DNA of 64,000 nucleotides from Oligoflexia bacterium (GTDB lineage Bacteria; Bdellovibrionota; UBA1018): NCBI GenBank assembly GCA_903935335.1, contig CAIZRG010000029.1, positions 5,406 to 69,405 of the forward strand, read 5' to 3'. Shown piece by piece: positions 59,399 to 64,000 of this stretch (position 1 is its first letter; each line of letters starts with the position of its first letter). The notes under the pieces were generated by a model. It saw only the letters and a program-made list of their open reading frames with translations, ran no database searches and was not told where the DNA came from. The position numbers and the translations under genes were made by a program.

Positions 59399-61053
59399 CT
59401 CGACTCAACATGACCTCTCACCAGAGGAGAGTTTTTAAAAAATTTGAGAGTTTTATAATTTTCTTCAACCCATCTCAAACCCCAGTCTGACTTAAACAAA
59501 ATCACAGGCAGATGATCTCGGTCTTCAAGACACCGACTATCTTCCCTCCTTTCAAAGTAATCAGTGTCTAAACCCGCACCTTCCACCCATCTTGCATGAA
59601 TGTAGGGAAGCTTCTCAATTTTTACGGAAACGTTGTATTCGTTTTTAAGACGATGTTCTAAGACTTCAAACTGAAGTGCCCCAACAGCTCCCAAAATAGG
59701 GTCTTTATCTCCTAATCCTTTTTGCCGATAGACTTGAACCACTCCTTCTTCAGCCAATTGTTCGAGTCCTTTCTTTAATTGCTTTCTCTTCATCGGATCT
59801 AAAATCGTCACACTCGCAAAGTATTCAGGTGAAAAGCGAGGCACTCCATCAAACTCAAACGGTTTTCCTTCACACAGAGTATCCCCAATCCTTAAATCTC
59901 CACTCGTATCTAAAAGACCAACAATATCCCCTGGCCAAGCCTCTTCAATCATCACTCGCTCTTGAGCAAAAAAATGCAGAGGCTTAGAAAGCTTGAGGTC
60001 TTTGCCTAGTCTAACATGCTTCACAGTCATATTTCTTTTAAATTGACCTGAACAAACACGCATATAAGCCACCCGATCCCGGTGAGCAGGATCCATATTC
60101 GCTTGAATCTTAAAAATAAAACCTGAGAATCGAGTGGAGATTGGATCAATCACTGAATCTCCTGCTTTCCTTGCCACAGGTGGAGGAGCAATTTCAATGA
60201 ACCGCTCCAAAAATCGTTGGATTCCAAAGTTATTCATTGCACTTCCAAAAAAAACAGGAGTGAGCTTTCCTTCCAATACTTGATTCAGATCATAAGAGTC
60301 CCCCGCATGACTCACTAACTCAAGCTGAGCTTTAAAGTCAGCATAAAGAGCCTTACCCTCTTCTTCATCTCCATTACCTAAGAGTTCAATAAAAAAGGAA
60401 TCTTCCATTCCAGTGACTTTTTTAGGCTTTAAACGCCCTTTCACATTAGCCTCTCCCTCAGTCTGAAAGAAGAGAACTTCCTCTGCTTGACGATCATAGA
60501 TCCCCCGAAATCGATCCCCAAGACCAATCGGCCAACTCAGAGGACAAGAGCGGATCCCCAAAACTTTTTCAAGCTCATCCATCAAATCCAGTGGCTCTCG
60601 ACTCGGTCGATCCAGCTTATTCATGAATGTAAAAATTGGAATCCCTCTCATTCGACACACCTCAAAAAGCTTTCGAGTCTGAGATTCCACTCCTTTTGCA
60701 GCATCAATTAACATCACAGCAGCATCTGCAGCTGTCAGTGTCCGATAAGTATCTTCCGAAAAGTCTTTATGCCCTGGAGTATCCAGTAAATTAATCTGAA
60801 TCCCTTGATACTCAAATTGCAATACACTAGAACTGACTGAAATTCCTCTTTGCTTTTCAATCTCCATCCAATCGGAAGTCGTATGACGTTGGTTAGCCTT
60901 AGCTCGTACCGCCCCAGCTAAATGGATAGCCCCACCATAGAGCAGCAGTTTTTCAGTCAGAGTCGTTTTCCCAGCATCTGGATGAGAAATAATAGCAAAA
61001 GTGCGACGCCGCAATACTTCCTTCTGTAATTGAGGTTGAAGTGAATTCATCAT
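59395..61053 (-). CDS. prfC: Peptide chain release factor 3
   Basis: G1 motif AIISHPDAGKTTLTEKLL, DTPGHKDF, NKLDR; ~550 aa. Confidence 0.9.
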   Translation of the reverse strand: MMNSLQPQLQKEVLRRRTFAIISHPDAGKTTLTEKLLLYGGAIHLAGAVRAKANQRHTTSDWMEIEKQRGISVSSSVLQFEYQGIQINLLDTPGHKDFSEDTYRTLTAADAAVMLIDAAKGVESQTRKLFEVCRMRGIPIFTFMNKLDRPSREPLDLMDELEKVLGIRSCPLSWPIGLGDRFRGIYDRQAEEVLFFQTEGEANVKGRLKPKKVTGMEDSFFIELLGNGDEEEGKALYADFKAQLELVSHAGDSYDLNQVLEGKLTPVFFGSAMNNFGIQRFLERFIEIAPPPVARKAGDSVIDPISTRFSGFIFKIQANMDPAHRDRVAYMRVCSGQFKRNMTVKHVRLGKDLKLSKPLHFFAQERVMIEEAWPGDIVGLLDTSGDLRIGDTLCEGKPFEFDGVPRFSPEYFASVTILDPMKRKQLKKGLEQLAEEGVVQVYRQKGLGDKDPILGAVGALQFEVLEHRLKNEYNVSVKIEKLPYIHARWVEGAGLDTDYFERREDSRCLEDRDHLPVILFKSDWGLRWVEENYKTLKFFKNSPLVRGHVESS

Positions 61054-61106
61054 GGCGGATATTGCTTCAAAACAACCTAAAATGCGAGTTTAGATTTTAA
61101 AAGGCT

Positions 61107-61994
61107 TCACACATCTAATGATCGAACAAGTTCAGAGATCATTGGGTTTGGAAACTTTTTCTGCCGAGTAATTGCATAAAATTTCTGTTTGATATTTTTA
61201 AATTCATGCAAGATCGTAAGACTTTTGTTGGCAATGTCATCTAAGATTCCCAGTCGCGGCAGTATCACTAATCCCTTTCCGGCTAATGCCAAAACGCGCA
61301 ACAAAGCCACATCATCGACTTCACCGACTATATTTAAGGCGATACCCTTTGATTCTACGTAATGATCAAAATCGGAGCGGCTTTCTAAAGCTGAAGTAGG
61401 CAAAAAGATCCGTCTACTTTGAAGTAAAGTATCGAGTGAGAGATCATTTTCCGTTACACTTGACTTTGAGCTGACAAGGCATAATGGGCTCTGAATGAGT
61501 AGATGAGTATAGAGCTCTGCCAAAACGTCTTCACCTGCGGGAAAAGTCGAAAGAACGATGTCTAAAGAATGATCTCGAAGAAGACGGAAAAGTCTTTTTG
61601 TATCCCCAACAGTCACTGTAAAATGAACGTCCTCTCGTTCTAAGAGAGGCTGAAGAAATGCGGCCTGCAAATTCCTAGAAAGACTACCTAGCGCACCGAT
61701 ACGTAGCTTTTGGCGACTCGTGATTGGCGGCCTATGCTTCATGAAGTCCATCAACTCTCTACCCGTCACAAAGATCATATCAGCATATTTGAGTGCTGCA
61801 GTACCTGCCTCAGTCAGTTTGAAACGTCGGGTAGTGCGTGCAATCAGTTTCTGACCGAAGGACTCCTCCAAACGACTGACTTGCTCGCTGACTGATGATT
61901 GCGAAAGGCGTAATTTCAAAGCGGCCTTAGTAAATCCTCCTTCGTGGCAAACCATCCAGAAGTAGTACAAATGATGGTAATTTAAAGTATCCAT
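61107..61994 (-). CDS. LysR-family transcriptional regulator (NhaR-like), divergent from dabB
   Basis: N-terminal HTH LNYHHLYYFWMVCHEGGFTKAALKLRLSQSSVSEQVSRLE (cf. NhaR NYNHLYYFW…). Confidence 0.8.
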   Translation of the reverse strand: MDTLNYHHLYYFWMVCHEGGFTKAALKLRLSQSSVSEQVSRLEESFGQKLIARTTRRFKLTEAGTAALKYADMIFVTGRELMDFMKHRPPITSRQKLRIGALGSLSRNLQAAFLQPLLEREDVHFTVTVGDTKRLFRLLRDHSLDIVLSTFPAGEDVLAELYTHLLIQSPLCLVSSKSSVTENDLSLDTLLQSRRIFLPTSALESRSDFDHYVESKGIALNIVGEVDDVALLRVLALAGKGLVILPRLGILDDIANKSLTILHEFKNIKQKFYAITRQKKFPNPMISELVRSLDV

Positions 61995-62078
61995 AGTTTT
62001 CGATTTATCGGTAAAATAGATGAATTACAAATAAATTATCTATTATCCAAATTTAGACCATCCATTTAGGATGAGGCT

Positions 62079-63617
62079 ATGAATCTAAATTCCACCCAAG
62101 TCACAAATAAAGTCAAAAAAAAGAAATTAAATGGAACTCAACTGGATATTATCTTCATTCACGCTGTATTGTGGATCCTCTTTTTAGTAGCAATCGGATT
62201 TAATACATGGCATTGGATGAAAGGCGATGTCACCTTAAAAATTATAAATATAGAGATAACACGAGTCAATTTATCGCTGGGATTTAGAATCGATTTCCTT
62301 TCGACTTTAATTTTTTTAATGGTGACTTTGTTAGGAGCGACGATTGGTCGCTACTCGCTTAGATACTTAAACGGGGAACAACGACAAAGTTACTTCTTTC
62401 ATTATCTTCTTTTTACTGTGTTATCAGTTTCACTGCTGGTTCTTTCCAGTAATCTACTCATGTTTTTCATAATGTGGCTTTTCACCAGCTTGGGCCTTCA
62501 TAAGCTGTTGCTCTATTGTCCCCAGCGCAAGGGATCAATAAGCGCAGCCCGTAAAAAATTCATTGTGAGCCGCCTGGGCGACATTGCACTCATCTTTGCT
62601 ATCGGATTCACTTACCGTGTTTTTGGTACTTTCGAATTCTCTGAGTTATTCCAAGCTACTCACCTACTCTCAGAGAAAACACCTGAAACTTCCATTCTGT
62701 CTTATATCGGTTTACTTTTTGTTCTCGGAGCGATTACCAAGTCTGCCCAATTCCCTTTTCATTTTTGGCTACCTGAGACTATGGAGGCTCCTACGCCGGT
62801 TTCAGCTCTTATGCACGCAGGCATCATTAACGCAGGAGGTTTCTTAATCATTAGACTGAGTCCCATTCTTCAACATGCAGACATCGCACATTTAATTCTA
62901 TCAGGAATTGGCTCAGTGACAGCAGTTTTCGGTGCCCTTGTTATGATCACTCAGAACAATATCAAACAAAAACTTGCCTATTCTACAATAAGCCAAATGG
63001 GCATGATGATGTTCTCTTGTGGGTTAGGAGCTTTTTCTTTAGCTCTTTTTCATATTGTGGCCCACAGCTTTTATAAAGCTCACGCCTTTCTCACTACGGG
63101 GTTCTTGGTAGAGGAAGCTAAGAAGGTCAAATTCATTCATACAAGACCACAAGAAAAATTTCTTGTAATTGCAAGTATTCTTGGTTTTGCACTCATCGTG
63201 CTTGGGAAAAGCCTGGCAGGAGGTGTTTATGTAGCTTACTTCACTTATACAGCCGTTCTACTCTTGGGATTGACTCAGAATATGAGCCTCTCAGGAAAAC
63301 AATTCCATAGTATGGGCTCTCAATTTCTGGGGCATCTAGCGATCATCTTTATGGGAGCTGCTACACTTTGTGGTTTCATTGAATACATACTTCTTCACAA
63401 ACTGGGAGGGCTCGTTCCTAGGGTTTGGGGAACGAACTGGGGACACTCACATCAATGGATGACTTGTTTCGTAACTTATTTTATTTTCGTCGGTGGTCTT
63501 TGGTGCACGAGTCTTCTGATCGACCCCAAAAGTCCAATACTCCACAAGCTCTATGTTTACTTCTGGAACGGTGGATATTTTTCAGAACGAACAAGTTGGT
63601 TATTCGACCGTATATAG
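62079..63617 (+). CDS. dabB: NuoL/MnhA-type proton-translocating membrane subunit not embedded in a nuo/mrp operon: DabB-like
   Basis: PF00361-type N-terminal pattern (…WLFTSLGLHKLL…) with ≥14 TM helices; followed 15 nt later by a DUF2309-like gene; ATG at 62079 with upstream AGGA. Confidence 0.6.
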   Translation: MNLNSTQVTNKVKKKKLNGTQLDIIFIHAVLWILFLVAIGFNTWHWMKGDVTLKIINIEITRVNLSLGFRIDFLSTLIFLMVTLLGATIGRYSLRYLNGEQRQSYFFHYLLFTVLSVSLLVLSSNLLMFFIMWLFTSLGLHKLLLYCPQRKGSISAARKKFIVSRLGDIALIFAIGFTYRVFGTFEFSELFQATHLLSEKTPETSILSYIGLLFVLGAITKSAQFPFHFWLPETMEAPTPVSALMHAGIINAGGFLIIRLSPILQHADIAHLILSGIGSVTAVFGALVMITQNNIKQKLAYSTISQMGMMMFSCGLGAFSLALFHIVAHSFYKAHAFLTTGFLVEEAKKVKFIHTRPQEKFLVIASILGFALIVLGKSLAGGVYVAYFTYTAVLLLGLTQNMSLSGKQFHSMGSQFLGHLAIIFMGAATLCGFIEYILLHKLGGLVPRVWGTNWGHSHQWMTCFVTYFIFVGGLWCTSLLIDPKSPILHKLYVYFWNGGYFSERTSWLFDRI

Positions 63618-63632
63618 CCCAGGGAAGAAACC

Positions 63633-64000
63633 ATGAAAAGCTCAATCAAATTAGACATTACAAACACAATCAAAAAAAGCCTTCAAATCGCAACACCTTC
63701 CTGGCCGCTGCAAAACACTGTGGCGGTTAATCCTTTCTGGTTCTTACGTCAGGAAAGTTTCAATTCTGCTTTGGAAAATTTGGCACCGGTGATCCACTCA
63801 TCGCTTTTTATGCCCCTGAATTATTACCTTGAACGTTTCAAAAGTGGGGAAATCACAGAATCATCCCTCAATGAGTCCCTCCAAATCAACGGTCGCACTG
63901 ACCCAGAACTTCCTCATCATATCCCCGAATTTATTCGAACCTGCCAGGAAGAGGAACCCTTCATTGAAACCTGGAAAGCATGGAGTGAACAATACGAAAT
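63633..64000 (+). CDS. dabA: DUF2309 (DabA-like) protein, N-terminal 122 aa only (continues beyond window end)
   Basis: ATG 63633 after AGGGAAGAAA; the N-terminus …PSWPLQNTVAVNPFWFL… resembles the conserved N-terminal motif of DabA/DUF2309; pairing with a NuoL-like gene is the DAB hallmark. Confidence 0.5.
   Translation, partial: MKSSIKLDITNTIKKSLQIATPSWPLQNTVAVNPFWFLRQESFNSALENLAPVIHSSLFMPLNYYLERFKSGEITESSLNESLQINGRTDPELPHHIPEFIRTCQEEEPFIETWKAWSEQYE

Overview
The window is a 64-kb chromosomal segment of a low-GC (~40%) Gram-negative bacterium that uses sigma-54. Diderm status is inferred from AsmA, a TolC-like protein, an OMP beta-barrel, lipoproteins and a complete HlyD/TolC tripartite exporter. 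Gene content is consistent with a Bdellovibrionota/deltaproteobacteria-like lineage or another RNase-Y-containing diderm (RNase Y + YmdB, several sigma-54 EBPs), but lineage cannot be fixed from sequence alone.

The window opens with the extreme 5' end of a 16S rRNA gene on the minus strand. Its likely promoter and a domain-minimal sigma-54 activator lie immediately upstream. A divergent NtrC-type regulator, a stand-alone tRNA-Ala(UGC), and an rny-ymdB / ygfA block follow.

The centre is mostly housekeeping: pitA with a PhoU-like partner, ppx/gppA, asmA, uvrD/pcrA, glmUS, dksA-lon, tandem CorC/HlyC genes, hup, ppiase, nudB, maeB, ahpC.

The right third is one long minus-strand array from ~56.5 kb to ~42.6 kb. 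In transcription order it reads: YchJ, a GT-C-like membrane protein, a T1SS-like ABC/HlyD/TolC trio, MogA, a hypothetical, a DUF1343/NamZ-like protein, fadBA, and an aldehyde dehydrogenase. After it come cyaY-rlmM-grx, rnd, prfC and a LysR-regulated DabB/DabA-like pair.

No transposase, integrase, CRISPR array or prophage genes were recognised.

The most unusual content, in descending interest:
- a secreted lipoprotein carrying unmistakable eukaryotic USP (peptidase C19) Cys-box/His-box motifs, next to a secreted patatin-like phospholipase;
- a T1SS-like ABC exporter whose Walker-B, signature and H-loop motifs all look degenerate, co-operonic with a large GT-C-like membrane protein;
- a secreted protein whose N-terminal half is a pure hexapeptide (left-handed beta-helix) repeat;
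- an RNase Y lacking its N-terminal anchor and coiled-coil, with a free-standing coiled-coil protein and a possible 6S RNA locus nearby;
- a perfect 22-bp inverted repeat between two divergent sigma-54 activator genes;
- a CheY/CheX-like pair followed by a small protein ending in a (KT)n tail encoded by an (AAGACA)n microsatellite.
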